A DNA stretch of 64,000 nucleotides. It comes from an uncultured virus (IMG/VR IMGVR_UViG_2739367660_000007). Taxonomy: Duplodnaviria; Heunggongvirae; Uroviricota; Caudoviricetes. This document shows positions 1 to 8,954 of the stretch, in pieces (positions within the stretch are counted from its first letter, which is position 1; every line of letters begins with the position of its first letter). Where the stretch lies: IMG/VR virus record IMGVR_UViG_2739367660_000007; one strand, 5' to 3'. The notes beneath the pieces were generated by a model. It worked only from the letters and a program-made list of their open reading frames with translations, searched no databases and was not told where the DNA came from. Position numbers and translations under genes: made by a program.

Positions 1-1149
1 ATGACTTTGACCGACAACGCCTGCAAGAACGCCAAGCCTTCGGATGCGGCCAGAAAGATGTCGGATGGGGGCGGTCTTTACCTGTTTGTTACCCCGAGCG
101 GTTCGAAATTATGGAGGATGAACTACCGCTTCGAGGGGAAGCAGAAGACCCTATCCTTCGGCGCTTACCCGGCAGTAGGGCTCAAGGATGCCAGGGCGCA
201 CAGGGACAAGGCCAAGAGCGTTCTGGCTTCCGGTCGAGATCCTGCCGCGCAGACCGCAACTGAGGATAGCTTCGAGGCAGTTGCGCGAGAATGGCATCGC
301 AGCAACGAAACCAAGTGGGTGCCGCAACATTCAGCACGGGTTCTGAGCAGACTGGTGCAGGATGTTTTTCCAGAGATCGGCGGGACGCGGGTTTCGGAGA
401 TCACTCCGTCCCATGTGCTTGCTGTTCTGAGAAAGGTAGAAGGTCGCGGTGTGCGGGACACGCCTCGCCGGCTGCGACAGTCGATCAGCTCGGTGTTCCG
501 GTACGCGGTGGCATCGGGTCTGACGCAGCTGGACCCGGCAGCGAGCATTCACGACGCACTGAAAGCGCGGCCGAAAACAAAACACAGGGCGGCGCTGAAG
601 CCAGAGGAATTGCCGGAATTTTTCGCCAGACTGGCAAAATATGCCGGCAACCCGGTGACTGCCAAGGCGATCTATTTCACGATGCTGACCATGACCCGCA
701 CCGCGGAAGTTCGCTTCGCCACCTGGGCAGAATTTCAGGGGGACACATGGAGGATTCCGGCCGAGCGGATGAAGATGGGGAAAGAGCACCTTGTCCCACT
801 TTCACCTCAGGCGCAGGCAGTTCTGGCCACGCTGGACAGATCGACGGAATGGGTGTTTCCGGGTGTCCGCGGAAGCATGTCCGAAAACACGATGATCTAT
901 GCGCTTTACCGGATGGGATACCACAGCAGGGTCACTGTTCACGGCATGCGGTCTCTGGCCTCGACCATGATGAACGAAAGTGGCTTGTGGCGGGCGGATG
1001 CGATCGAGCGCCAGCTTGCTCATACCCCGAAGAACGAAGTGCGTGCCGCCTATAATGCTGCGCTATACTGGTCTGAACGGTGCCGGATGATGAACTGGTG
1101 GGGAGACTGGATCGAGCAGCAAAAGATGCTCGGTGAAATGTTGGGGTGA
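1..1149 (+). CDS. int: P4-like tyrosine integrase
   Basis: N-terminal arm-binding motif DGGGLYLFVTPSGSKLWRMNYRF; catalytic R (TRTAEVR), HGMR, LAH and Y (RAAYN). Confidence 0.95.
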   Translation: MTLTDNACKNAKPSDAARKMSDGGGLYLFVTPSGSKLWRMNYRFEGKQKTLSFGAYPAVGLKDARAHRDKAKSVLASGRDPAAQTATEDSFEAVAREWHRSNETKWVPQHSARVLSRLVQDVFPEIGGTRVSEITPSHVLAVLRKVEGRGVRDTPRRLRQSISSVFRYAVASGLTQLDPAASIHDALKARPKTKHRAALKPEELPEFFARLAKYAGNPVTAKAIYFTMLTMTRTAEVRFATWAEFQGDTWRIPAERMKMGKEHLVPLSPQAQAVLATLDRSTEWVFPGVRGSMSENTMIYALYRMGYHSRVTVHGMRSLASTMMNESGLWRADAIERQLAHTPKNEVRAAYNAALYWSERCRMMNWWGDWIEQQKMLGEMLG

Positions 1150-2045
1150 GCGCGGGCCACATTTCAGGGGTTCCAAAGGTGCCCGTGGAAGTCAGCATCC
1201 CGCTTTCACTTCACCACTCAGGGGCCGCGCTCAGGAGGATGCATCTGCCGCGACTTGCTAAGCCGGTCACGCGGCGATCCTTGGTGTAAACCGGCGTCCT
1301 TTTGATGCACCCGCCAGAAAGCGGTGCCGCTATTTCCCGGCTGCCAGGTCGGCATGGATCGGCCACGACCATCGTTGGCGCACTGCTCCCATGCTGAGTG
1401 GGCCGTAGCCCTGATGCAACCCTATCGGGCCATCGTGCAAGGTGAGCGCGGGCCGGATAGGATTTGAACCTATATAAGCTACACATCGGAATTACGCCCC
1501 GTAACCAAAATTCGGCACCGGACTCCGCGCTCACGAGGTCACAGATTTACCGGGTTTCCCCGGAAACATGGCAGGTGGCCACCTTACTCACTGTCTAACA
1601 ATGCCGAGGTGCGACCCCGATGCCGGATGTGAGAACCATGTCAATCTGTGACCGCGTGAAAGCGGTTGCGGGTTGGGTGTATTGCGGCTCCCGCCTTCCG
1701 CTTGTTCCGACACCCTCGGCATGACCCATAACCGGCATCCAGGTCAACATTTCTCCTATCACCTTTCGGCAAGAGGCCGGTAGAAACACAAGTTGAGCGT
1801 GGGCCGTTCGCACGGACTTGAACCGCTGTCACCCGCTTTCACGCTGGTAGGCTTTACCCACAGCACTCGTTGCCGAACCACGCTCAGGAGGATGCTGAAA
1901 GGCCCTTTTGGTTTCACCCGCTCGCTCATCCTTGAGGAGTCTTGCTCTACGGGTCACTCATTCAGCATCCGCCAGAAAGCGGTTGCGCGGTTATCGAGAC
2001 GCGCCCCTCGGGGTCGGTTGTGAATTTGAATACCACCTCGCATCC
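1147..2045 (-). ncRNA. Putative polycistronic structured ncRNA array: three related ~300-350 nt units of stem-closed modules
   Basis: Repeated closing stems with compensatory changes, conserved linkers, two T-loop-like hairpins and GAAA loops on the minus strand, no credible ORF. Confidence 0.7.
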
Positions 2046-2053
2046 ACAAATCA

Positions 2054-2082
2054 ATATTGGCGTGATTCGTGTTGCTTTGCAA
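2054..2082 (-). promoter_or_regulatory. Putative sigma70 promoter for the ncRNA array
   Basis: Minus strand TTGCAA-17 bp-CAATAT; predicted start ~2047, next to the first stem at 2045. Confidence 0.5.
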
Positions 2083-2134
2083 GTTAAAAGTGATAATCTG
2101 AATCCATCAAGTCACCGCCATGACGAGGGGAAGC

Positions 2135-2305
2135 ATGTTTTTGAGAATCGGAGAAGTGATCAAGCGTACCGGGCTCGCCCGCAGCACGATCTATCAGATG
2201 GCAAGGGAGGGGAGGTTCCCGCCGCCGCGCCGCATTTCCTATCGCGTATCGGCGTGGGTCGAAGGCGAGATCGTCGCCTGGCAAGAAAAGTTCGTGAAGG
2301 GTTGA
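2135..2305 (+). CDS. alpA: AlpA-family HTH protein / excisionase
   Basis: MFLRIGEVIKRTGLARSTIYQMAREGRFPPP...SAWVEGEI is a typical AlpA pattern; near the integrase. Confidence 0.9.
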   Translation: MFLRIGEVIKRTGLARSTIYQMAREGRFPPPRRISYRVSAWVEGEIVAWQEKFVKG

Positions 2306-2308
2306 TCC

Positions 2309-2944
2309 GTGACTGATGATCTGGACGCACTTCTCGGGCCTCCGTCGCCTCGACCTGAGCCTGAGCCCCATCCATCCATGTTCCGCAAGCCGGTTGGGGT
2401 GACCTTTCTCGCTCAGGTCGTCGGCAAACAGCCCTACCAGATCGAGAAGCGCCTGGCGAAGTGTCCGGTCAAGGAATGGGATCGCCGTGGTGCGAAGTCG
2501 CACCCGAAGTATGATTTCGTCGAGGCGATGGGCTACCTGATCAATCCCAAAATCGACATCGAGGATTGGCTGTCATCGAAAAATGCAGCCAGCCTCCCGC
2601 CGTACATCAACAAGATGTTCTGGGATTCTGCCATGCAGCGCATCCGTGTGATGAACGCTGCCGGTGACCTTTGGCATACCGAAGATGTTCTCGTCGTGAT
2701 GGGAAGAGTCGCCCTTCTTATCAAGGAAGAAGCGAAAAACTGGATCGAGGATCTTCCTGAAAAGGATCAGTTGAGCAACGAGCAGTATGAATTTCTGCTG
2801 GGGGCTGTCGACCGGCTGATTTCTTCAGTTCGCAACCGTCTGATTGACCTTCCCAAGGAGGGTCTGACGCGGGCGAGCATGTCCGACACCATCATTTCCG
2901 AACTCGAAGCAAGCGGCGAGATGCCGTCGCAAGAGGACGAATGA
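2309..2944 (+). CDS. Terminase small subunit (DUF1441-like)
   Basis: Immediately upstream of TerL with ATGA overlap; LPPYINKMFWDS...AGDLWHTEDV motif. Confidence 0.75.
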   Translation: MTDDLDALLGPPSPRPEPEPHPSMFRKPVGVTFLAQVVGKQPYQIEKRLAKCPVKEWDRRGAKSHPKYDFVEAMGYLINPKIDIEDWLSSKNAASLPPYINKMFWDSAMQRIRVMNAAGDLWHTEDVLVVMGRVALLIKEEAKNWIEDLPEKDQLSNEQYEFLLGAVDRLISSVRNRLIDLPKEGLTRASMSDTIISELEASGEMPSQEDE

Positions 2945-5130
2945 CAGCCAGGACCATTAAGGCCCCATCCGTAAGAGACCTGGCTGAGGCGGCCAGGTAT
3001 CATGGGATCGAAGAGATTGCGGCAAAAGCATTCGACATGATGCAGCCGGCAGAGCGGCTGACAGTGGCGCAATGCGCACAAGAATACATGTTTTTCGGAT
3101 CAGGGTCCGGGCACAAGACCCGATGGTCGCCGCTCAAGACCCCATATCTGATCGAACCGATGAACATGCTGACGAGCCTGGACCATCAGGGCATGATTTT
3201 CGTTGGCCCGGCCCGAACCGGCAAAACGGCAATGTCTCTGGGGTGGATGGCGCATACGGTCATCACCGATCCGGCAGACATGCTTTACGTTCAGATGGAC
3301 CGGGAAAATGCTCGCAAGTTTTCCAACGGGGATCTGCAACGTTTTCTCGTGGCGTCGGATGAGGTGCGCAAGCGCCAGCTCACCAAGCGTCAGATGGATA
3401 ACACCTTCGACAAGACGTTTGAGTCGGGGATGCGGTTTCTGCTGACCTACCCGACTGCCTCCAACCTGTCGAACATCACCGTCGGCCGGGTCTGGCTGAT
3501 CGACTATGAACGCATGGACGATGATGTTGGCGGCGAAGGCACGCCCTACGACATGGCGGCGAAGCGGACGCAAACCTTCGGGCGCCGCGGGATGACCGTA
3601 GCCGAGGCGTCCCCGAACCCGAACAAGGAAATCACCGATCCGAAGTGGGCACCCCAATCCCCACATCAGGCCCCGCCGATCAAAGGCATTTTCGAACTCT
3701 ACAATCGTGGTGATCGCCGCAGGTTCTATTGGTTTTGCCCGAAGTGCGGATCTCCGTTCGAGCCGGATTTCAAACACCTCGTCGGTTACGAGGACGCTCG
3801 CGACATGCTTGAGGCGCGGGAGAAAACCTACATGCGGTGTCCGGTCAGAGGTTGTCCGATCGAGCCGAAATACAAAGACGCCATGAACATGAAGGGTGTC
3901 TGGGTGCCCGACTGGGCGCGCGTCGATGCAGATGGCGTCATCTCCCCTATTCGCGAAGACGGTTACATCGCTCGATCAAACATCGCCTCCTTCTGGTTGA
4001 AGGGACCGGCCGCAGGTTACGTCACATGGGGCGAACTTGCTGCAAAATACCTCACCGCGACGAAGGCGCTCGAAGAGACCGGAGACGACGGGCCGCTGCG
4101 CACCACGATCACCGTGGATCAGGGGAGTTATTACATCCCGGCCTCGCGTCTGTCCGAACGATCCCCGGAACAGCTGAAAGAAAAGGCAGAAGACTGGGGG
4201 TCGACCGAGGAAGAACCGACAATCCCACCATGGGTGCGGTTCCTCGTTGCCACCATCGACGTGCAGAAAACCTGCTTCGTGGTTCAGATCAACGGCTATA
4301 CCTCATCTGGAGATCTTGTCGTCATCGACGGCTTCAAACTGCGCTTGTCGGATCGACGCAACGCAGACGGAGACAGGTTGCCGATGGACCCAGCCGCCTA
4401 TGGTGAGGACTGGGATATTCTGGTGCGCGAGGTGATGCGGAAAACCTACGCGCTGTCCGACGGTAGCGGTCGCCGCATGGCGATCCGGGCAACAGGATGC
4501 GACTCCGGTGGCGCGGAGGGGGTGACAACGCACGCCTATAATTTGTGGCGCCGTCTCAAGCAGACAGAGGACGGGCTTCATCGTCGCTTCATTCTGGTGA
4601 AAGGTGAGCCGAGCAAGACGGCCCCGAGAGCCCGCGCGACGTGGCCGGATTCCTCTCGCAAGGACAAGTATGCCGTTGCGCGCGGGGATGTGCCGGTCCT
4701 TCTGCTCAATTCCAACCTCGTAAAGGATCTGGTCAGCGGGATGTTGGCGCGCACCGTGGGCCAGGAGGATCAAAACGAGATAGGTGTCAGTGGCAGGGTT
4801 CGTTTCCCGACATGGATGCAGCCGTGGTTCTACAATCAGATGACCACGGAAATTCGCACCGAGAAAGGCTGGGAGAATCCCCGTCGCCGTCGAAATGAAG
4901 CGTGGGACTTGAGCTGTTACGCCATGGGTATCGTGGTGCGGCCTATCGAGAGGGAGGCGCCGTGGGTGCATTTCGGTATCGAACGCATCGACTGGACCAA
5001 TCCTCCGACATGGGCGGCCGAGTGGGATGACAACGATTTCATCGTCAACCCGGAAGCCGATGAAAGTACGGTCGCAGAGAAGCAGAAATCCAAACCGAGC
5101 TTCGCTGATCTAGCTTCACGACTGGCCTGA
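2941..5130 (+). CDS. terL: Terminase large subunit, lambda GpA family
   Basis: TPYLIEPM, Walker A GPARTGKT, CPKCG zinc motif, ATIDVQ and DSGG nuclease motifs, RRNEAWD. Confidence 0.95.
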   Translation: MTARTIKAPSVRDLAEAARYHGIEEIAAKAFDMMQPAERLTVAQCAQEYMFFGSGSGHKTRWSPLKTPYLIEPMNMLTSLDHQGMIFVGPARTGKTAMSLGWMAHTVITDPADMLYVQMDRENARKFSNGDLQRFLVASDEVRKRQLTKRQMDNTFDKTFESGMRFLLTYPTASNLSNITVGRVWLIDYERMDDDVGGEGTPYDMAAKRTQTFGRRGMTVAEASPNPNKEITDPKWAPQSPHQAPPIKGIFELYNRGDRRRFYWFCPKCGSPFEPDFKHLVGYEDARDMLEAREKTYMRCPVRGCPIEPKYKDAMNMKGVWVPDWARVDADGVISPIREDGYIARSNIASFWLKGPAAGYVTWGELAAKYLTATKALEETGDDGPLRTTITVDQGSYYIPASRLSERSPEQLKEKAEDWGSTEEEPTIPPWVRFLVATIDVQKTCFVVQINGYTSSGDLVVIDGFKLRLSDRRNADGDRLPMDPAAYGEDWDILVREVMRKTYALSDGSGRRMAIRATGCDSGGAEGVTTHAYNLWRRLKQTEDGLHRRFILVKGEPSKTAPRARATWPDSSRKDKYAVARGDVPVLLLNSNLVKDLVSGMLARTVGQEDQNEIGVSGRVRFPTWMQPWFYNQMTTEIRTEKGWENPRRRRNEAWDLSCYAMGIVVRPIEREAPWVHFGIERIDWTNPPTWAAEWDDNDFIVNPEADESTVAEKQKSKPSFADLASRLA

Positions 5131-5250
5131 TGCTGCGGTTCGCTCTTTCATTCTTGCTTTGATAAAAGTCACTTTATTAGTGATAATCAAGTTATTATTG
5201 CAAGAAGTTGTGCATTCGTGTATCCGTATATGGACAAATTTCCTGTACGG

Positions 5251-5481
5251 ATGAGCAACTTGACCCTGACCGCAGCACAGAGACTCGTGGAGGCTGAGGC
5301 AGCGTATCATGCGCTGCTGACTGGCGGTCAGCCCGTGGAATGCCGTGACTCCAACGGTGAAAGTGTCAGGTACACTCCAGCCAATGCCAGCCGCCTGAAA
5401 GCGTACATCGCTGAAATCAAGGCTGAGATTGCCGGCATCCAAAGTCAGCTTCGTCGCCCCATCAGACCGATCTGGGGGTAA
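5251..5481 (+). CDS. Head-tail joining protein (gpW family)
   Basis: EAEAAYHALLTG...NGESVRYTPAN...LKAYIAEI; between TerL and portal. Confidence 0.85.
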   Translation: MSNLTLTAAQRLVEAEAAYHALLTGGQPVECRDSNGESVRYTPANASRLKAYIAEIKAEIAGIQSQLRRPIRPIWG

Positions 5482-5484
5482 GCG

Positions 5485-7188
5485 ATGAGCATTCAGGAAG
5501 AACTCAACGCATTGCTCGGCCCCGCCTCTCATCCTCCGGGCGAGGGCTATGCGGTCCACGCCCCGGCAACCGTGGCGGCGGTGGCCGGGGTGTCGGGCGG
5601 CGGTATTGCTCACGATGGTGCGAAAGCATTCAGTGAACTGGCGCTCTGGTCCCCGCCTCTGCGTTCGGTCAATGCTGACGTTCTGCCCGAGAAGGGCGTG
5701 CTCGATGCCAAGACCCGCGATCTGTTCCGCAACGATGCTTTTCTGTCCGGTGCAATGGTCACCCACAAGGACAGCATCGTTGGTGCGCGATTCATGCTGA
5801 ATGCTCGCCCCGCGACGAAGATCCTCTGGGGTAAAGAGGATGACACCTGGGAAGAAGAGTTTCAGGAGGAAATCGAAACCCGCTTCGATCTGTGGGCTGA
5901 ATCCCCCCATGGCTGGCCCGACGTGGGTAAGCGCAACACGCTCACTGCAACCGTGCGCCTCGGCGTCGGTGTTGATCTTGCCGGTGGCGAAGTTCTCGGT
6001 CTCGCGCGCTGGATGCCCAACGACGGCCGGCCCTATCGCACTGCATTTCAGATGATTGACCCGGATCGTCTTTCCGATCCGCTGACGCAGGCGTTCGTGT
6101 TTCCCAATCCGCGCCTGCGTCGCGGGATCGAGGTCGATGATTTCGGCGCACCCGTCGCGGCGTGGATCCGCAATTCGCATCCGTCTGATGGCCCGTTTCA
6201 CGACTATTCGGACATGAAGCGGAACGACTGGACGCGGGTTCCGTGGAACCGCCCATGGGGGCGCCAGAACATTCTGCACATCTTCGAGCAGATGCGCCCC
6301 GAGCAGGCCCGTGGCATTTCCATCGCTTCTTCATCTCTCAACGAGATGAAGATGACCAAGCATTTCCGCAAAGCGCAGCTTCAGCGTGCGACCTTGGCGG
6401 CGTCCTATGCAATGGCACTGGAAGCTGAATTGCCTCAAGACACCACGCAGGCCCTTGGTGTCGGGTATGCCGCAGACGGCAACGCCACGACCCAGTGGAT
6501 GCTCGACTATCTCGCTGCGGTGCAAGAGTATTCCGGTGGTGCGAAAAACCTGCACGTCGACGGTGTGCAGATCCCGATGCTGCCGCCAGGTTCCAAGCTG
6601 TCGGTTCAGAACACCGGGGCGACGGGGCCGAACGACGCCGAGTATGAAATCAGCCTGCTGCGGTATTCGGCTGCCGCGCTCGGTCTGCCGCTGGAAGAGT
6701 TCATCCACGATTTCAGACAGACAAACTATTCCTCGGTTCGCGCGGCGTTGGGGCGGATGTGGGTCTCGATGCAAGTGCGCAAGCGCATGGTTGCGGAGCG
6801 CATTGCCAACTTCATTTACCGCCTGTGGCTGGAAGAGGCGATCAATCGCAACGAGATCGAGAGCCTGAAGCGTCGCAACGTTCCTTCTTTCTACGAAGGT
6901 CTGAACGCCGAAGCCTATTCGGCTTGCGAATGGATCGGGTCCGGTCGGGGCACGATTGACCCGCTCAAGGAAACGCAGGCCGACATCCTGGCACTCAAAG
7001 CCGGAATTGAGACGAAGGAAGCGATCATCGCTCGCAGAAGCGGTGCCGATTACCGCCGTGTCGCGCGCCAGATCGCGCGTGAACGCAAGCTGGATGCCTA
7101 CTTCGAAAATCCGAGCGTCTACGACGCCGACAGCAAGAACGTGCAAAACTCGCTGACGGCGAGTCCGCGTGATGGGGCCGCCGCATGA
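5485..7188 (+). CDS. Portal protein, lambda family
   Basis: RDLFRND, RPEQARGI, TNYSSVRAAL and IDPLKE motifs. Confidence 0.93.
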   Translation: MSIQEELNALLGPASHPPGEGYAVHAPATVAAVAGVSGGGIAHDGAKAFSELALWSPPLRSVNADVLPEKGVLDAKTRDLFRNDAFLSGAMVTHKDSIVGARFMLNARPATKILWGKEDDTWEEEFQEEIETRFDLWAESPHGWPDVGKRNTLTATVRLGVGVDLAGGEVLGLARWMPNDGRPYRTAFQMIDPDRLSDPLTQAFVFPNPRLRRGIEVDDFGAPVAAWIRNSHPSDGPFHDYSDMKRNDWTRVPWNRPWGRQNILHIFEQMRPEQARGISIASSSLNEMKMTKHFRKAQLQRATLAASYAMALEAELPQDTTQALGVGYAADGNATTQWMLDYLAAVQEYSGGAKNLHVDGVQIPMLPPGSKLSVQNTGATGPNDAEYEISLLRYSAAALGLPLEEFIHDFRQTNYSSVRAALGRMWVSMQVRKRMVAERIANFIYRLWLEEAINRNEIESLKRRNVPSFYEGLNAEAYSACEWIGSGRGTIDPLKETQADILALKAGIETKEAIIARRSGADYRRVARQIARERKLDAYFENPSVYDADSKNVQNSLTASPRDGAAA

Positions 7189-8513
7189 AGAACACGTCCA
7201 TCCTTTCCCGCTTCCAGAACGAAGTTGCGATGTTGAACGCAACGCAACAGCCGTGGTTCGAGCATTGCGTTCATGCCGCGGCAGAATTTCTCGTGAAGAT
7301 GGAGGAAGATCAGGGGTCCACGCAGGTTGCGGCCTCCGGTTTCTGGTATTCTGAGGATGACTGGCGGTCGGCATACCGTCCCTACGATGTGCAGGATGGC
7401 ATTCTGCGTATCCCGGTGCGCGGCGTCATGCTCAACGGATATCCGTGGGCGACGCAGTGGGCGACCGGCTACGAGTACATCCTTGAAGCGATGAAACGCG
7501 GCATGGCTGATCCCGATGTGAAGGGGATCGCCCTCATCATCGACAGCCCCGGTGGCATGGTCAGCGGGAACTTCGATCTCGTTGACGACATCTTCGGGAT
7601 GCGGGGAACCAAGCCCATCCGCGCCTATGCATCGGATTCGGCGTATTCAGCCGCTTACTCCATTGCCTCGGCTGCCGACACCATCACCGTGAGCCGTTCC
7701 GGTGGTGTGGGCTCCGTTGGTGTCGTGACCATGCACGTCGATATGTCGGCTGCGATGGAGAAGTACGGCTACAAGATTACCTTCATCTATCGCGGGAAGC
7801 ACAAGACCGACGGCAACCCGTATGAGGCGCTGCCCGACGATGTGCGGGATCGCATTCAGGCGCGCATCGACAGCACCTATTCGGAGTTTGTGGGCATTGT
7901 CGCCCGCAACAGGGGTATGGACGAGGAGGCAGTCCGCAAGACGGAAGCCTTGACCTACTCGGCCCAGGAAGCACTCGACATCGGTTTTGCGGACAAGATC
8001 GGCCGCACCGACAGCGAGATCACGGCCTTTGCGGCCACCTTCAATCAAAGAAAGGACGAAGCGATGGCCGATAATAACGAGGCCCAAACCATCACCACCG
8101 AGGATGTGAACAAGGCGCGCGCCGAAGGTGCAACCGCCGAACGCACCCGGATTTCGGCAATCCTTGGCTCCGACGAAGCCAAGAAGCGTCCGACGATTGC
8201 GATGAAATTCGCGCTGAACGAGAAGTTCGCCTCGCTCGACGCCGCCGCGGTCAACGAGATGCTGGGCAGCCTGCCGGAAGAAAAGCAGGAACAGCCCGCG
8301 CAAGAGAAACCGCAAGCCGCCACGACCACGGCCGGGGCCGGCGTGCAGGGCGCCATTTTCGACGCTGCGATGGCGGCGACCCAGCCCGGTCACGTTTCGA
8401 CCGACGGCAAGGCCACCGAGGGCGGCACCAAGACCGAAGCCGATCAGGCTGCCGAAGACCGTGCGCTGCGTCAGGCTGCCGGCCTGGCGGGCTTCAACGA
8501 CAACACCAAGTAA
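7185..8513 (+). CDS. S49 prohead protease with C-terminal scaffold region (lambda C/Nu3-like)
   Basis: IDSPGG, AYSAAYSIASAAD, GSVGV motifs; Ala/Glu-rich C-terminus; internal AAAGGA-N7-ATG at 8064. Confidence 0.92.
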   Translation: MKNTSILSRFQNEVAMLNATQQPWFEHCVHAAAEFLVKMEEDQGSTQVAASGFWYSEDDWRSAYRPYDVQDGILRIPVRGVMLNGYPWATQWATGYEYILEAMKRGMADPDVKGIALIIDSPGGMVSGNFDLVDDIFGMRGTKPIRAYASDSAYSAAYSIASAADTITVSRSGGVGSVGVVTMHVDMSAAMEKYGYKITFIYRGKHKTDGNPYEALPDDVRDRIQARIDSTYSEFVGIVARNRGMDEEAVRKTEALTYSAQEALDIGFADKIGRTDSEITAFAATFNQRKDEAMADNNEAQTITTEDVNKARAEGATAERTRISAILGSDEAKKRPTIAMKFALNEKFASLDAAAVNEMLGSLPEEKQEQPAQEKPQAATTTAGAGVQGAIFDAAMAATQPGHVSTDGKATEGGTKTEADQAAEDRALRQAAGLAGFNDNTK

Positions 8514-8525
8514 CAGGAGGCTTTC

Positions 8526-8942
8526 ATGGCCAACGTCACCCCTCCCTATGCCGACCCTGGCCGGGCCTCGTTCGAGGAACTGGACACCTACCTGCAGAAT
8601 TTTCTGCTGGCTGGTTCCCATCCCGAACTGAAGCCCGCGTTCTCCGCTCCGATTCCGAACAGCGTCAATTACGCGCAGTTCACGGTGGTCGGCAAGAACA
8701 GCTCGGGTCAACTGATCCCGGCCACCTGGGACGCAACCACCCCGGTCAAGGCGATCGGCGTTCTGGTTCATGCCGTCGCGCTTGGCGCCTCGGGGAGCGC
8801 CAACGGTTCGTTCTGGTATTCGGGCTGCTTCAACATGGACTCGCTCGTCTGGGATGCGTCGTTCGACACTGAGGCGAAGAAACTGGCGGCCTTCGAAGGT
8901 TCGCCCACCCCCACCACCATCATCGTCGCCAAGCGCGGCTAA
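8526..8942 (+). CDS. Head decoration protein (lambda D-like)
   Basis: Between protease and capsid genes; KAIGVL...YSGCFNMDSLVW. Confidence 0.8.
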   Translation: MANVTPPYADPGRASFEELDTYLQNFLLAGSHPELKPAFSAPIPNSVNYAQFTVVGKNSSGQLIPATWDATTPVKAIGVLVHAVALGASGSANGSFWYSGCFNMDSLVWDASFDTEAKKLAAFEGSPTPTTIIVAKRG

Positions 8943-8954
8943 ACGGAGGCGACT

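Noticed and set aside
1261..1272. 12 nt identity (AGCCGGTCACGC) between ncRNA module B1 and the end of the 20-mer array
   Set aside because: A match of this length is expected by chance in a 64 kb GC-rich sequence
1442..1886. Canonical tRNA genes or attP
   Set aside because: T-arm-like hairpins are present, but closing stems are too long, arms are non-canonical and there is no CCA end; no att duplication is visible in the window
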